Below are positions 44,641 to 53,812 of a stretch of DNA of 64,000 nt, piece by piece. The stretch covers positions 21,022 to 85,021 of the forward strand of contig JBGAJW010000012.1 in NCBI GenBank assembly GCA_044224725.1. The letters run 5' to 3'. Each line of letters starts with the position of its first letter. Positions within the stretch are counted from its first letter, which is position 1. The notes below the pieces were generated by a model. That model was not told where the DNA came from. It did not search any database and saw nothing but the letters and a program-made list of their open reading frames with translations. The DNA comes from Flavobacteriales bacterium (GTDB lineage Bacteria > Bacteroidota > Bacteroidia > Flavobacteriales_F > PHOS-HE28). The position numbers and the translations under genes were made by a program.

Positions 44641-45225
44641 TTGGAGAGCCGCACAGGCAGCCCGCACGACCGTTATCCGTCTTGGTGGAAACGGGCGCTC
44701 ATGCTGGAGTTCGATTGCCAGGAAAATTGGGATGCGATGGAACCGATCGGGGCTGGACGCTTCTGCGCGAAATGCCAGCACAGCGTGATCGACTTCACCG
44801 GGTGGGACCGCCGATCGATGCTCGCCTACCTCAAACAGCATCCCGGGACCTGTGGCCAATACCGCCCGGACCAACTGGAACCTGAATTGATACCGCTCGC
44901 GGAACTGCTTTCGCTGAAGAGCGCAGCACTCGTTGCCGGGCTCACCTTGGGAAGCATCCAGGTCTCAGCGCAAGCGCCGGAGCCTCCGCACACCGAGCAG
45001 ACCTTGCCTATGCATGGAAGCGACGGCCAGCCGGTGTTGGATGATCGCACACCCGTGCTTAGCGATAAGCCGGATGGCATCCACGGAACGTGTCCGCGAC
45101 CAGTGGCGCCAACACCCACGCACTCACCAAAGCACCACTTCTATGTGAGCGCGCGTTTTCCCTTTTTCCATGTGCGAAAGGTGAACTACCGAGGAAAGGT
45201 GATGCGGGGAAGGTTGGTCTTCTGA
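44641..45225 (+). CDS. Hypothetical protein with a Cys-rich N-terminal segment (CxxxxW...CAKC)
   Basis: ORF only; the start is uncertain (an alternative ATG at 44701 gives MLEFDCQENW...). Contains FCAKCQHSVIDFTGW and a hydrophobic segment LKSAALVAGLTLGSIQVSAQA. No family recognised. Confidence 0.3.
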   Translation: MESRTGSPHDRYPSWWKRALMLEFDCQENWDAMEPIGAGRFCAKCQHSVIDFTGWDRRSMLAYLKQHPGTCGQYRPDQLEPELIPLAELLSLKSAALVAGLTLGSIQVSAQAPEPPHTEQTLPMHGSDGQPVLDDRTPVLSDKPDGIHGTCPRPVAPTPTHSPKHHFYVSARFPFFHVRKVNYRGKVMRGRLVF

Positions 45226-45448
45226 GCGCGTCTCAGTGTTGCGAGGCGCAGACTCTGCGGAAGGATGACGATCTCTTCAATCTATCACGCGCCGTACACG
45301 GGGCACAGGCGCGCACGCTCACTCATGAGGTTGGTCAGGGATTTGAGGTTGTCGTGCCCGAGGCTTTGTACTTGCGGCTCACGAGTACTAAGTAGAGAAC
45401 ATGGCACCGATCGCAGATCCGCGCCAGCGAGCCAACAGATACCAATTT

Positions 45449-45991
45449 CTACGGCCTTGCTTTCTTGACCAATGTCTGTACGTCCAGATTGGTCTTCTCG
45501 GCCATCATTTTAAAGAGCCCGTCGCTTCCGATCAACATAGCGCTCAACTCCATCGTTCGGCCATCCATCGCGCGCAGCTTGATCATCTTACTTATGGGAT
45601 GGACCTTGCCCTCAGTGATTTCGGACCAAGCACATTTATGGACCCTGCCTCGACCATCAGTTATCTGGAGAACCTCCGCGTTGTAGGACGCTCGGTGGTT
45701 GCCGCCATCGCTGATCAGCTTCCAGCACAAATACGTAAAGGCCACCCCAGCAAGGAGGATCAGCCACGCCTTCCCAAAACCCTCATTGATCCACACCGAA
45801 GTGCCACCATAGAGGAACCCCATCGGCATCACCAAACAGATCCATCCGAGGATCTTATAGAACCTCGGCAGCCTCAATTCAGTACTACCATCACGTTCAG
45901 GCAATTCCACGGAGTTCTTCTTCCCCAAGACCCCCATGACGATCGGCACGATGACCATCACCGCGACGGGACCAAGCCAGTTTGAGCTCAT
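45449..45991 (-). CDS. Hypothetical membrane protein (3-4 TM)
   Basis: 180 aa with helices WLGPVAVMVIVPIVMGVLG, ILGWICLVMPMGFLYGG and AWLILLAGVAFTYLCW. Its 5' ~450 nt are part of the tandem duplication described in the findings. Confidence 0.5.
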   Translation of the reverse strand: MSSNWLGPVAVMVIVPIVMGVLGKKNSVELPERDGSTELRLPRFYKILGWICLVMPMGFLYGGTSVWINEGFGKAWLILLAGVAFTYLCWKLISDGGNHRASYNAEVLQITDGRGRVHKCAWSEITEGKVHPISKMIKLRAMDGRTMELSAMLIGSDGLFKMMAEKTNLDVQTLVKKARP

Positions 45992-46358
45992 CGTGACGTT
46001 TGCATCACCCCACCAACTCCTTGTTCCGGTTCGGGATATCCTCCTTGTTGAAGCTCACCTTCTCATCCTCCTCTTTCAGCTTCAGCACCAAGGCGAGCGC
46101 ATCGGGCACCACATCGCTGCAGAGCGTTAGGAAGCTGCCGGGCTTTGCGGTGGAGATGGCGTGACGGATCGCTTCGTCCTCCTTCTTGATGATGATGTAG
46201 GGCTTGTTCGGGTCCACCTCCTTGATGCCCTTCACCATGAGCGCGATGATCTCGTCGTCGGTCTTGCCACGCAGGTTGCGGTCCTGGCGGATGATGATCT
46301 CATCGAACATCTGCGCACTGAGGCGGCCGAGATTCACCGTGTCCTCGTCGCGGCGGTC
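45541..46358. repeat. Copy 1 of an ~820-bp tandem direct duplication (5' part of the membrane-protein gene plus the 3' end of cphA)
   Basis: 46005..46358 is near-identical to 46833..47186 (identical 113-aa translation). 45541..45991 aligns with 46376..46830 with several indels. Confidence 0.7.
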
Positions 46359-46388
46359 CGCTTCCGATGCGACGCGCTCAACTCCCAT
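46005..46388 (-). pseudogene. Duplicated 3'-terminal fragment of cphA (C-terminal 113 aa of cyanophycin synthetase), non-functional remnant
   Basis: The translation ...DRRDEDTVNLGRLSAQMFDEIIIRQDRNLRGKTDDEIIALMVKGIKEVDPNKPYIIIKKEDEAIRHAISTAKPGSFLTLCSDVVPDALALVLKLKEEDEKVSFNKEDIPNRNKELVG is identical to the C-terminus of the intact cphA at 46833..49496. Its N-terminal 14 aa are junction-derived. Confidence 0.65.
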
Positions 46389-47186
46389 CGTTCAGCCATC
46401 ATCGCGCGCAGCGATGCATCTTAACGCAGGATGACCTTGCCTCTGGTGATTTCGGACCAAGCACATTTATGGACCTGCCTCGACCATCAGTTATCTGGAA
46501 GAACACTCCGCGTTGTGGCAAGACGCTCGGTGGTTGCCGCCATCGCTGATGCGGCTTCAGCACAAATACGTAAAAGGCCACCCCAGCAAGGAGGATCAGC
46601 CCGCCTTTAAAACCTCATTGATACACCGAAGTGCCTATAGAGAGAACCCCATCGGCATCACCAAACAGATCCATCCGAGGATCTTATAGAACCTCGGCAG
46701 CCTCAATTCAGTACTACCATCGTTCAGGCAATTCCCACGGAGTTCTTCTTCCCCAAGACCCCCATGACGATCGGCACGATGACCATCACCGCGACGGGAC
46801 CAAGCCAGTTTGAGCTCATCGTGACGTTTGCATCACCCCACCAACTCCTTGTTCCGGTTCGGGATATCCTCCTTGTTGAAGCTCACCTTCTCATCCTCCT
46901 CTTTCAGCTTCAGCACCAAGGCGAGCGCATCGGGCACCACATCGCTGCAGAGCGTTAGGAAGCTGCCGGGCTTTGCGGTGGAGATGGCGTGACGGATCGC
47001 TTCGTCCTCCTTCTTGATGATGATGTAGGGCTTGTTCGGGTCCACCTCCTTGATGCCCTTCACCATGAGCGCGATGATCTCGTCGTCGGTCTTGCCACGC
47101 AGGTTGCGGTCCTGGCGGATGATGATCTCATCGAACATCTGCGCACTGAGGCGGCCGAGATTCACCGTGTCCTCGTCGCGGCGGTC
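46376..47186. repeat. Copy 2 of the ~820-bp tandem duplication; its membrane-protein-derived part (46376..46830) is decayed and is a pseudogene fragment
   Basis: Aligned by eye to 45541..46358. Indels and frameshifts occur in the segment homologous to codons 1-150 of the 45449..45991 gene. The cphA-derived part is intact and forms the true 3' end of cphA. Confidence 0.65.
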
Positions 47187-49496
47187 GCCCACGCCGGCGA
47201 TCACGCCGACTTTCGGGCTGTCCGGGATCTTGCTCAGGAACTTGCCCAATGCTTCGAAGCCGTGGGGGTTGTGGGCGTAGTCCACCACCACCTGGAATTT
47301 CTTGAATTGGAAGAGGTTCAAGCGGCCAGGCGTCTGCGCTGCGGAGGGAACGAAGGTGGCGAGCGCTTCACGCAGCTCTTCGACTTTCACGCCTTGCACA
47401 TAGGCCGCGAGCACGGCAGGCAGCACGTTCTGGATGTTGAAGACCGCTTTCCCACCATACGTGAGCGGGATGTTCACGGCCTTTTCGATCCGCAATTTCC
47501 ACTCGCCTTTGCTGATGGTGACGAAGCCGTTCTCGTAGATCGCGGCCAAGCCCCCGAGCTTGCAGTGCTGGCGGATGAGGCGGTTGTTCTCGTCCAGGCT
47601 GAAGAGCGCGATCTTGCAATCACACTGCTTGCGCATGGCCATCACGAGCTCATCATCCGCGTTCAGGATCGCGTAACCATCCCGACGCACGCTGCGCGGA
47701 ACGGTGCTCTTCACATGGGCGAGTTCCTCCAGGGTGTGGATGTCCTTCAAACCCAAGTGATCGGCGGCCACGTTGGTCACGATGGCCACATCGCAATGCT
47801 CGAAGCCGAGACCGCTGCGCACCAGACCACCGCGTGCCGTTTCCAGCACGGCCATGTCCACCACGGGCTCCTTCAGCACGAATTGCGCGCTGGCCGGGCC
47901 GGTGCAATCGCCTTTCATCAGTAGGCGGTTCTGGATGTACACGCCGTCGCTGCACGTCATGCCCACTTTGTAGCCGACGCTGCGCATGAGGTGCGCGGTC
48001 AGGCGTGTGGTCGTCGTCTTCCCGTTCGTTCCCGTCACCGCGATGATGGGGATGCGGCTCGGTGTGCCCGGCGGGAAAAGCATGTCCACTACGGGTTCCG
48101 CCACGTTGCGACCGATACCTCCGGTAGGATCCAAGTGCATGCGGAAACCCGGCGCGGCGTTCACCTCCAGCACAGCGCCGCCTGATTCGTTGAGCGGAAG
48201 ACTGATGTCGTCCGTCATGATGTCGATGCCGCAAATGTCCAGATCGATGATGCGGCTGATGCGCTCGGCGAGGAAGACGTTGAACGGATGAACGACCTCG
48301 GTCACGTCGTCGGCCGTGCCGCCGGTGCTCAGGTTCGCCGTGGCCTTCAGGTAGATGGTCTCCCCTTTCGCGGGTACACTTTCGGGCGTCAAGCCTTTCA
48401 GCCCGAGCAGCTTCAATGTGTGATCATCGATGTCGATGCGCGTGAGCACATTCTCGTGGCCATAGCCGCGACGCGGGTCCTTGTTCACCTCTTCGGCCAG
48501 CTGCGCGATGGTATGCTTCCCATCCCCGACCACGCAAGCGGGTGTGCGCTTCGCCGCGCAGATGAAGCGGTGGTTGATGACGAGCAAGCGATGATCCAAA
48601 CCCGTGATGTAGCGCTCCACGATCGCGCTGCGGCTGATCTCCTTGGCCTTGGCCAATGCGACTTTCGCTTCTTCCAAGGTCTTGATGCCGATAGTGGCCC
48701 CGCGCCCGTGATTTCCACCGATGGGCTTGATGACGCAGGGATAGCCCACCGAATCCAACGCGGCTTCCAGTCCTTCTTCCGAACGCACAACGCGCCCTTT
48801 CGGCACGGGGATCTCGTAGCTCTCCAGCAGTTGCTTGGTCTCTTCCTTGTCACAGGCGATCTCCACGCCGATGTTGCTGGTCTTGCTGGTGATCGTCGCG
48901 CGGATACGCTTCTGGTGGATGCCGTGCCCGAGTTGCACGAGACTCTGCCCGTTCAAACGCAGATAAGGGATGCCGCGTGAAACGGCTTCTTGCACGATGC
49001 TGCCCGTTGAAGGCCCAAGCCGTGACTCTTCGCGTAGTTCGCGCATCTTCTGCAGGTCATCGGCGAGGTCGTATTTCTCCCCGCTGATCAAGGCTTCCGC
49101 GATGCGCACGGCCGCCTTGGCCGCGAACATGCCCACAGGTTCTTCCACGTAGCTGAAGACCACGTTGTACACGCCACGATCGCGCGTGCTGCGCGTGCGG
49201 CCGAAGCCTGTCTCCATGCCGGCGAGTGTCTGGATCTCCAGCGCGATGTGCTCGATCACATGGCCCATCCACGTGCCGCGCTTCACCCGCTCCCAGAAAC
49301 CGCCCTCGTGGTCCTCACTGCAGCGGTGGCTCACCATCGTGGGCAGCAACGAGGTGATGCGCTCGTAGAAACCCGGGATCTTGTCGGTAGGTCTCTCCTC
49401 CAGCCCCTCGATGTCGAGGCGCATGACGATGAGGTTGTGGCGCTTGACCGACCAGTAGTTCGGGCCGCGCATGGCCTTGAGTTCGAGGATCCGCAT
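46833..49496 (-). CDS. cphA: Cyanophycin synthetase
   Basis: 887 aa. N-terminal MRILELKAMRGPNYWS..., then an ATP-grasp domain (GYPCVIKP...GNHGRG), then a Mur-ligase-like domain (GTNGKTTTTRL P-loop, DYAHNPHGF). This is the characteristic CphA architecture. Confidence 0.85.
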   Translation of the reverse strand: MRILELKAMRGPNYWSVKRHNLIVMRLDIEGLEERPTDKIPGFYERITSLLPTMVSHRCSEDHEGGFWERVKRGTWMGHVIEHIALEIQTLAGMETGFGRTRSTRDRGVYNVVFSYVEEPVGMFAAKAAVRIAEALISGEKYDLADDLQKMRELREESRLGPSTGSIVQEAVSRGIPYLRLNGQSLVQLGHGIHQKRIRATITSKTSNIGVEIACDKEETKQLLESYEIPVPKGRVVRSEEGLEAALDSVGYPCVIKPIGGNHGRGATIGIKTLEEAKVALAKAKEISRSAIVERYITGLDHRLLVINHRFICAAKRTPACVVGDGKHTIAQLAEEVNKDPRRGYGHENVLTRIDIDDHTLKLLGLKGLTPESVPAKGETIYLKATANLSTGGTADDVTEVVHPFNVFLAERISRIIDLDICGIDIMTDDISLPLNESGGAVLEVNAAPGFRMHLDPTGGIGRNVAEPVVDMLFPPGTPSRIPIIAVTGTNGKTTTTRLTAHLMRSVGYKVGMTCSDGVYIQNRLLMKGDCTGPASAQFVLKEPVVDMAVLETARGGLVRSGLGFEHCDVAIVTNVAADHLGLKDIHTLEELAHVKSTVPRSVRRDGYAILNADDELVMAMRKQCDCKIALFSLDENNRLIRQHCKLGGLAAIYENGFVTISKGEWKLRIEKAVNIPLTYGGKAVFNIQNVLPAVLAAYVQGVKVEELREALATFVPSAAQTPGRLNLFQFKKFQVVVDYAHNPHGFEALGKFLSKIPDSPKVGVIAGVGDRRDEDTVNLGRLSAQMFDEIIIRQDRNLRGKTDDEIIALMVKGIKEVDPNKPYIIIKKEDEAIRHAISTAKPGSFLTLCSDVVPDALALVLKLKEEDEKVSFNKEDIPNRNKELVG

Positions 49497-49711
49497 GGTA
49501 AGTGGGATGAATGGTCACGCCTTCGCGAAGCGCTTCGGCGGACGTGGCGGGGAAGTTAGCAGGGTGCGGGATCAGACGATCAGAAAATCAGATGTCCGCG
49601 CTCCGGAGAGCCCTAGGCATGGAAAACCTTGTTGATGAAGAGACCCGGCCATTCGGGCCGTTGCGGCCGATCCCTCTACTTTCGTGTTCGGTGCTCAAGC
49701 GCACTGGCCAG

Positions 49712-49732
49712 GCAGCAACTGCTAATTGCTGC
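49712..49732. promoter_or_regulatory. Palindrome GCAGCAA-N7-TTGCTGC in the divergent cphA/cphB intergenic region; candidate operator
   Basis: A perfect 7-bp inverted repeat lies in the 282-bp region between the divergent starts at 49496 and 49779. A second palindrome CGGCCattcgGGCCG lies ~70 nt to its left. Confidence 0.3.
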
Positions 49733-49778
49733 TGCCGACGGCCGACTTGAGCCCACGGGGCGGGGGTAAACACCAAGC

Positions 49779-50648
49779 ATGACACCCAAAGGGAAGCTGA
49801 TCGCCATCGGCGGCAATGAGGACAAGGGCAAGGAGCCGGAAGCCGGGCACAACGTCAAGGTCTTTGGCGGCAAATTCATCGAGGAGGGCATCCTCAAGCG
49901 CGTGGTCGACGAGATCGGCGGCACCGGCAAACGGGTGGCCGTGATCACCAGTGCCAGTTCCATCCCGGAGGAGGTCGGTGCCAATTACATCGAAGCCTTC
50001 GGCAGGCTCGGCGTGAAGGACATCGACATCCTCGACATCCGCGAACGCGGCGACGTGAAGCCGGACATGATCAAGCGTCTTTCCCGGGCGGACGGCGTGA
50101 TGATGAGCGGCGGCAACCAGCTGCGATTGACGACCATCTTCGGCGGAACGGCCTTCCTGCAGTTGATGAAGCGGCGCTACCAGGAGGAAGTGGGCTTCGT
50201 GATCGCCGGCACCAGCGCGGGCGCCATGTGCATGAGCAGCACCATGATCTACCAAGGGCACAGCTCCAGCGGCCTCATCAAGGGCGGCGTGAAGATGACC
50301 ACCGGCGCGGCCCTCATCCACGACGTGATCGTGGACAGCCACTTCGTGGAACGCGGACGCTTCAGCCGATTGAGCCAAGCCGTAGCGGCGAACCCCGCTG
50401 CGATCGGTATCGGCTTGGGCGAGGACACCGGCGTGGTGATCACTGATGCGGACATGTTGGAAACCATCGGCAGCGGCCAGGTGATGATCTTCGATGGGCA
50501 CGACATCACGTACAGCGACTATGCCGACGTGGAAGAAGGCGAACCCTTCAGCATCGAGGGCATGAAGGTGCATATCATCTCCAAAGGCCACAGTTACAGC
50601 GTGAAGCAGCGGGCCTTCTCGGCGGTGCGGGTGCCGGTGCGCAGCTGA
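49779..50648 (+). CDS. cphB: Cyanophycinase (peptidase S51)
   Basis: MTPKGKLIAIGGNEDKG..., GVMMSGGNQ, the Ser nucleophile region IAGTSAGAMCMS, and DSHFVERGRFSRL. Length 289 aa. It is divergent from cphA. Confidence 0.85.
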   Translation: MTPKGKLIAIGGNEDKGKEPEAGHNVKVFGGKFIEEGILKRVVDEIGGTGKRVAVITSASSIPEEVGANYIEAFGRLGVKDIDILDIRERGDVKPDMIKRLSRADGVMMSGGNQLRLTTIFGGTAFLQLMKRRYQEEVGFVIAGTSAGAMCMSSTMIYQGHSSSGLIKGGVKMTTGAALIHDVIVDSHFVERGRFSRLSQAVAANPAAIGIGLGEDTGVVITDADMLETIGSGQVMIFDGHDITYSDYADVEEGEPFSIEGMKVHIISKGHSYSVKQRAFSAVRVPVRS

Positions 50649-50673
50649 AGTCTTCCCGGACTATTTTAGCTCC

Positions 50674-51159
50674 ATGCGCGCCGCCATCATCGCCTCGCTC
50701 CTGCTCTGCCTCGCTTTCGTCCCTCTCAAGGACAAGCACCGGGAACAGTTCGTTTACGACCACGAGAACACCTTCGACAAGGATGAACAGCATCGGTTGG
50801 ACACCCTCTTCCGTGGCCATGAGCTGCGTACCAGCAACGAGATCGTGCTGGTGACCACGGACAGTTATCACGGATGGGAGGACATGTCCATGTTCGCGGC
50901 ATCCTGTGGCGATTCGCTCAAAGTGGGAAAGAAACACAAGGACAACGGCGTGGTCATCGTGTTCAGCAAGCGCCTGCGGGAGGTGTACATCGCGGGCGGT
51001 CTCGGTACCGAGCGGGTGATGGCGTCCGCGCGCTCCCAGAAGTACATCGACAGCCTGATGCTCCCCTTGTTCAAGGAACAGATGTTCTTCGACGGCGTTT
51101 GGGCGGGCTGCACGGCGGTGGTGAACCACCTGGAATTGCCGGAGAACCGGATCGAGTAG
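50674..51159 (+). CDS. TPM-domain (YgcG/TLP18.3-type phosphatase-fold) protein
   Basis: Signal/anchor MRAAIIASLLLCLAFVPL. FVYDHENTFDKDEQHRLDTLFRGHELRTSNEIVLVTTDS...VVIVFSKRLREVYIAGGLG follows the TPM domain pattern. Confidence 0.6.
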   Translation: MRAAIIASLLLCLAFVPLKDKHREQFVYDHENTFDKDEQHRLDTLFRGHELRTSNEIVLVTTDSYHGWEDMSMFAASCGDSLKVGKKHKDNGVVIVFSKRLREVYIAGGLGTERVMASARSQKYIDSLMLPLFKEQMFFDGVWAGCTAVVNHLELPENRIE

Positions 51160-51211
51160 GTCCGCGAACGGCCCGTTCCGCTTTCTTTGCGCCGCCGAAA
51201 CCAAGCGCACC

Positions 51212-51874
51212 ATGTCCACCAAAGACACCTACACCCCGCATCCGAATTCCGCGCGCTGGCCGTTCTACGCCATGTCGCTCTTCGCACTCGTCTGTTGCAT
51301 CATCTTCTGGCGTTCGTGCCACTTCAGCGGGAAAGACCCCGCTCCGCCCATAGCTGAAGCAGCTGCCGTGCCGGTGAAGGCCGAGGCCCCAGCCCCTGCG
51401 GCACCGGCTGCTCCAAGCGCCGGTTATTCCAAAAAGCTCGGTAGCGGTTTCGACCTCAACGGCAACGCCGACGGCATCGAAGCTGGTCTGGTCGGTTTCA
51501 TCGAGAGCGACAAACCCGTGGACAAGACCACCTGGTTCAACTTCGACCGCCTCACATTCAAGACCGGTAGCGCGGAGCTGGACATGGACAAGAGCAAGGA
51601 GCAGCTCACCAACATGAACGAGATCCTGAAGGCCTTCCCGAAGGTGAACCTCAAAGTGGGCGGCTACACCGACAATACCGGTGAAGAGGCGGCCAACATG
51701 AAGCTCTCGCAAGAGCGCGCCAATACCGTGGTCACCGCCCTCGTCGGCATGGGTACGGACAAGGCCCGCTTGGAATCTGAAGGCTACGGCAGCCAGCACC
51801 CCGTGGGCGACAATGCCACCGAAGAAGGCCGCGCGCAGAACCGCCGCATTGCCGTGCGCGTGACGGCCAAGTAG
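51212..51874 (+). CDS. OmpA-family peptidoglycan-associated protein
   Basis: An N-terminal TM/signal segment and an Ala/Pro-rich linker. C-terminal OmpA_C motifs FKTGSAELD, LKVGGYTDNTGEEAANMKLSQERANTV and RNRRIAVRV. Confidence 0.75.
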   Translation: MSTKDTYTPHPNSARWPFYAMSLFALVCCIIFWRSCHFSGKDPAPPIAEAAAVPVKAEAPAPAAPAAPSAGYSKKLGSGFDLNGNADGIEAGLVGFIESDKPVDKTTWFNFDRLTFKTGSAELDMDKSKEQLTNMNEILKAFPKVNLKVGGYTDNTGEEAANMKLSQERANTVVTALVGMGTDKARLESEGYGSQHPVGDNATEEGRAQNRRIAVRVTAK

Positions 51875-51895
51875 TCTTACAACCGATCATCAATG

Positions 51896-51923
51896 GAACG
51901 CCTCGACGCATGTCGGGGCGTTC
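51896..51923. terminator. Nested hairpin (GAACGCC..CGACgcatGTCG..GGCGTTC) between convergent ompA-like and nth genes; bidirectional terminator candidate
   Basis: Read directly. It starts 22 nt after the OmpA-family stop and ends 8 nt before the nth stop. It is followed by TTCGTTCTC. Confidence 0.5.
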
Positions 51924-51930
51924 TTCGTTC

Positions 51931-52566
51931 TCAAGCGAACATCTCCTTCCGACCGATCACGGAGCAGATCGGGCACTTCCGCGGATCGTGCCCCTTCGCC
52001 GGGCAATGCTCCCTTCCGAAGTAGATGATGCGCAAGTGCAGCGCGTTCCATGTGTCCTCCGGAAAGAGCTTCTTCAGGTCGGCTTCGGTGTGCTCCACGC
52101 TCTTGCCGCTGCTCAGGGTCCACCGCCACGCCAGGCGATGGATGTGCGTATCAACGGGGAATGCGGGGTGACCAAAGGCCTGGGACATCACCACGCTGGC
52201 GGTCTTGTGCCCCACGGCGGGCAACGCTTCCAACGCGGCGAAGGTCTGCGGCACCTTGCCGCCGTGCTCATCCAGGATGATCCTCGAAAGCCCATGGATC
52301 CCCTTGCTCTTCATCGGTGAAAGCCCGCATGGCCGGATGATGTCCTGGATCTCCTCCACGCTCAGCTTCACCATCTCCTTCGGCGTGCGCGCCTTGGCGA
52401 AGAGCAACGGCGTGATCTCGTTCACCTTCTTGTCCGTGCATTGGGCGCTGAGGACCACGGCGACCAATAGCGTGTAGGGATCCTCGTGGTCGAGCGGGAT
52501 GGTCGTGCGCGGATAAAGCTCGGCGAGTTTCGCAGCGGCGAAGTCGGCTTTCTCTAGTCGGGTCAT
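51931..52566 (-). CDS. nth: Endonuclease III (DNA glycosylase/AP lyase)
   Basis: HhH-GPD motifs (LPAVGHKTASVVMSQAFG, catalytic Lys in LVAVVLSAQCTDKKVN) and the C-terminal 4Fe-4S cluster Cys ligands (C-x6-C-x2-C-x5-C: CPAKGHDPRKCPICS). Confidence 0.85.
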   Translation of the reverse strand: MTRLEKADFAAAKLAELYPRTTIPLDHEDPYTLLVAVVLSAQCTDKKVNEITPLLFAKARTPKEMVKLSVEEIQDIIRPCGLSPMKSKGIHGLSRIILDEHGGKVPQTFAALEALPAVGHKTASVVMSQAFGHPAFPVDTHIHRLAWRWTLSSGKSVEHTEADLKKLFPEDTWNALHLRIIYFGREHCPAKGHDPRKCPICSVIGRKEMFA

Positions 52567-53288
52567 TGCCTCCTTTTGATCCGCACGTGCAGGTTGTCCT
52601 CAGAAGGAACAAAATGACCATCCTTGGCCTCGGAAAGAACCCATCGATACACACAGGTGTCATCACCGCTACACTGCGGACACGGCCGTAACCAGTTATC
52701 ATCAAAGCGAACAACCAAGCCACTATCCCGAGCGGTCCTCGCGACGTCATCCCATGCAGCGCCTTGCGCTGGGTTCGTCCCAATGGCATCCTCAACCATA
52801 GCTTGTAAGCGAGATTCCATCGCCGCTTCCAAAACTCTTCCACGCGCGATTTCACGTGCTATGAAGTCCTCGATCCCGCTTTTGGAGACAGTGCCGTATC
52901 CACATGATAGGCATCTCCATCCTTGTAGGTGAAAACGAGGGTCGCCAAGAGAGCGACGGAGTTCTGTGATGTCGAACTGACTTCCGGGGGCAGATGCTAG
53001 ATGATAGCAGGTGCTCTTAATGCTCTCGAAGACCGCATTGAGCCATGGATCCCGCAGGACAACATCATTGAGGGATCCCATTCCTCCATAGGCCCTCAAA
53101 TGATGCCTCGTGGATTCTGAAGTTTCCCAGTCTCGTACGTCTCGATCTAACCAAGCCTTCCAATGGGCTTCGTCGGCAGCATGAAGCAGGTCGCGCAACG
53201 CTAAAAGCGCGTCGCGCATGCCGGTAGATCGAGTCAGTACCATATTTTTCAGCGCGCTTATCGCCCATGGCGCTCGTCTCACTTCCAT
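52563..53288 (-). CDS. Hypothetical cytoplasmic protein with two CxxC pairs (possible zinc ribbon)
   Basis: 241-aa ORF. Its stop overlaps the nth start (ATGA). Contains RCLSCGYG and CPQCSGDDTC. The start is uncertain (53288, or the internal ATG at 53243). No family recognised. Confidence 0.4.
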   Translation of the reverse strand: MEVRRAPWAISALKNMVLTRSTGMRDALLALRDLLHAADEAHWKAWLDRDVRDWETSESTRHHLRAYGGMGSLNDVVLRDPWLNAVFESIKSTCYHLASAPGSQFDITELRRSLGDPRFHLQGWRCLSCGYGTVSKSGIEDFIAREIARGRVLEAAMESRLQAMVEDAIGTNPAQGAAWDDVARTARDSGLVVRFDDNWLRPCPQCSGDDTCVYRWVLSEAKDGHFVPSEDNLHVRIKRRQ

Positions 53289-53764
53289 TCAAACGTATGC
53301 GGCGAAGATCCCCGGATGAACGTATGTGATCGGGTGGGCATCTTCTCCCCTTCCACATGCACCAGGTTCTGCTGGTCGCCGAACACGTCCATCAGCAGCG
53401 TGTTCTGGACCATCAGGTGGTTCGGCGTGGAAACATCATCCACTTGCAGGTAGCAATAAAGCGTCTCGCCATCCAACTCCTTGCCGATCCACTGCCAGCT
53501 GAGCTGCTTGTCCTCCAAGAACAGCACGAGCTGATGCTTGAAGTAGTCGTTCAGCAGGCTATCGGCTTTCGGGTTCTCCTTGTCCGATCCGAGCTTCAGC
53601 GGAGCGATGCTCTCAAAAACGTGCTCTACGTCGTGGGCGGTCATCCGCCAGGTAAGGTCCAGGGTGCGCGTTTCCGGCTTGTGACGGATGGTGAGGATGG
53701 AGACGAAGAAGTCGTGGATCGGCGCTGCAGCGGTCAGGCCGAGCGCGAGAAAGAGGGCTTTCAT
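53279..53764 (-). CDS. Small secreted protein (DUF6702-like pattern)
   Basis: Signal peptide MKALFLALGLTAAAP. IHDFFVSILTIRHKPETRTLDLTWRMTAHDVEH is reminiscent of a Flavobacteriia-restricted DUF. Length 161 aa. Confidence 0.4.
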   Translation of the reverse strand: MKALFLALGLTAAAPIHDFFVSILTIRHKPETRTLDLTWRMTAHDVEHVFESIAPLKLGSDKENPKADSLLNDYFKHQLVLFLEDKQLSWQWIGKELDGETLYCYLQVDDVSTPNHLMVQNTLLMDVFGDQQNLVHVEGEKMPTRSHTFIRGSSPHTFEWK

Positions 53765-53812
53765 ATCCCTGCAAAGATGTGCTAACGGCTTCGGGCCGGT
53801 GGCGACGATGAT

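Noticed and set aside
50874-51353. 159-aa plus-strand alternative-frame ORF overlapping the TPM and OmpA genes
   Set aside because: It is a frame-shifted overlap of two genes with recognisable domains and has no motifs.
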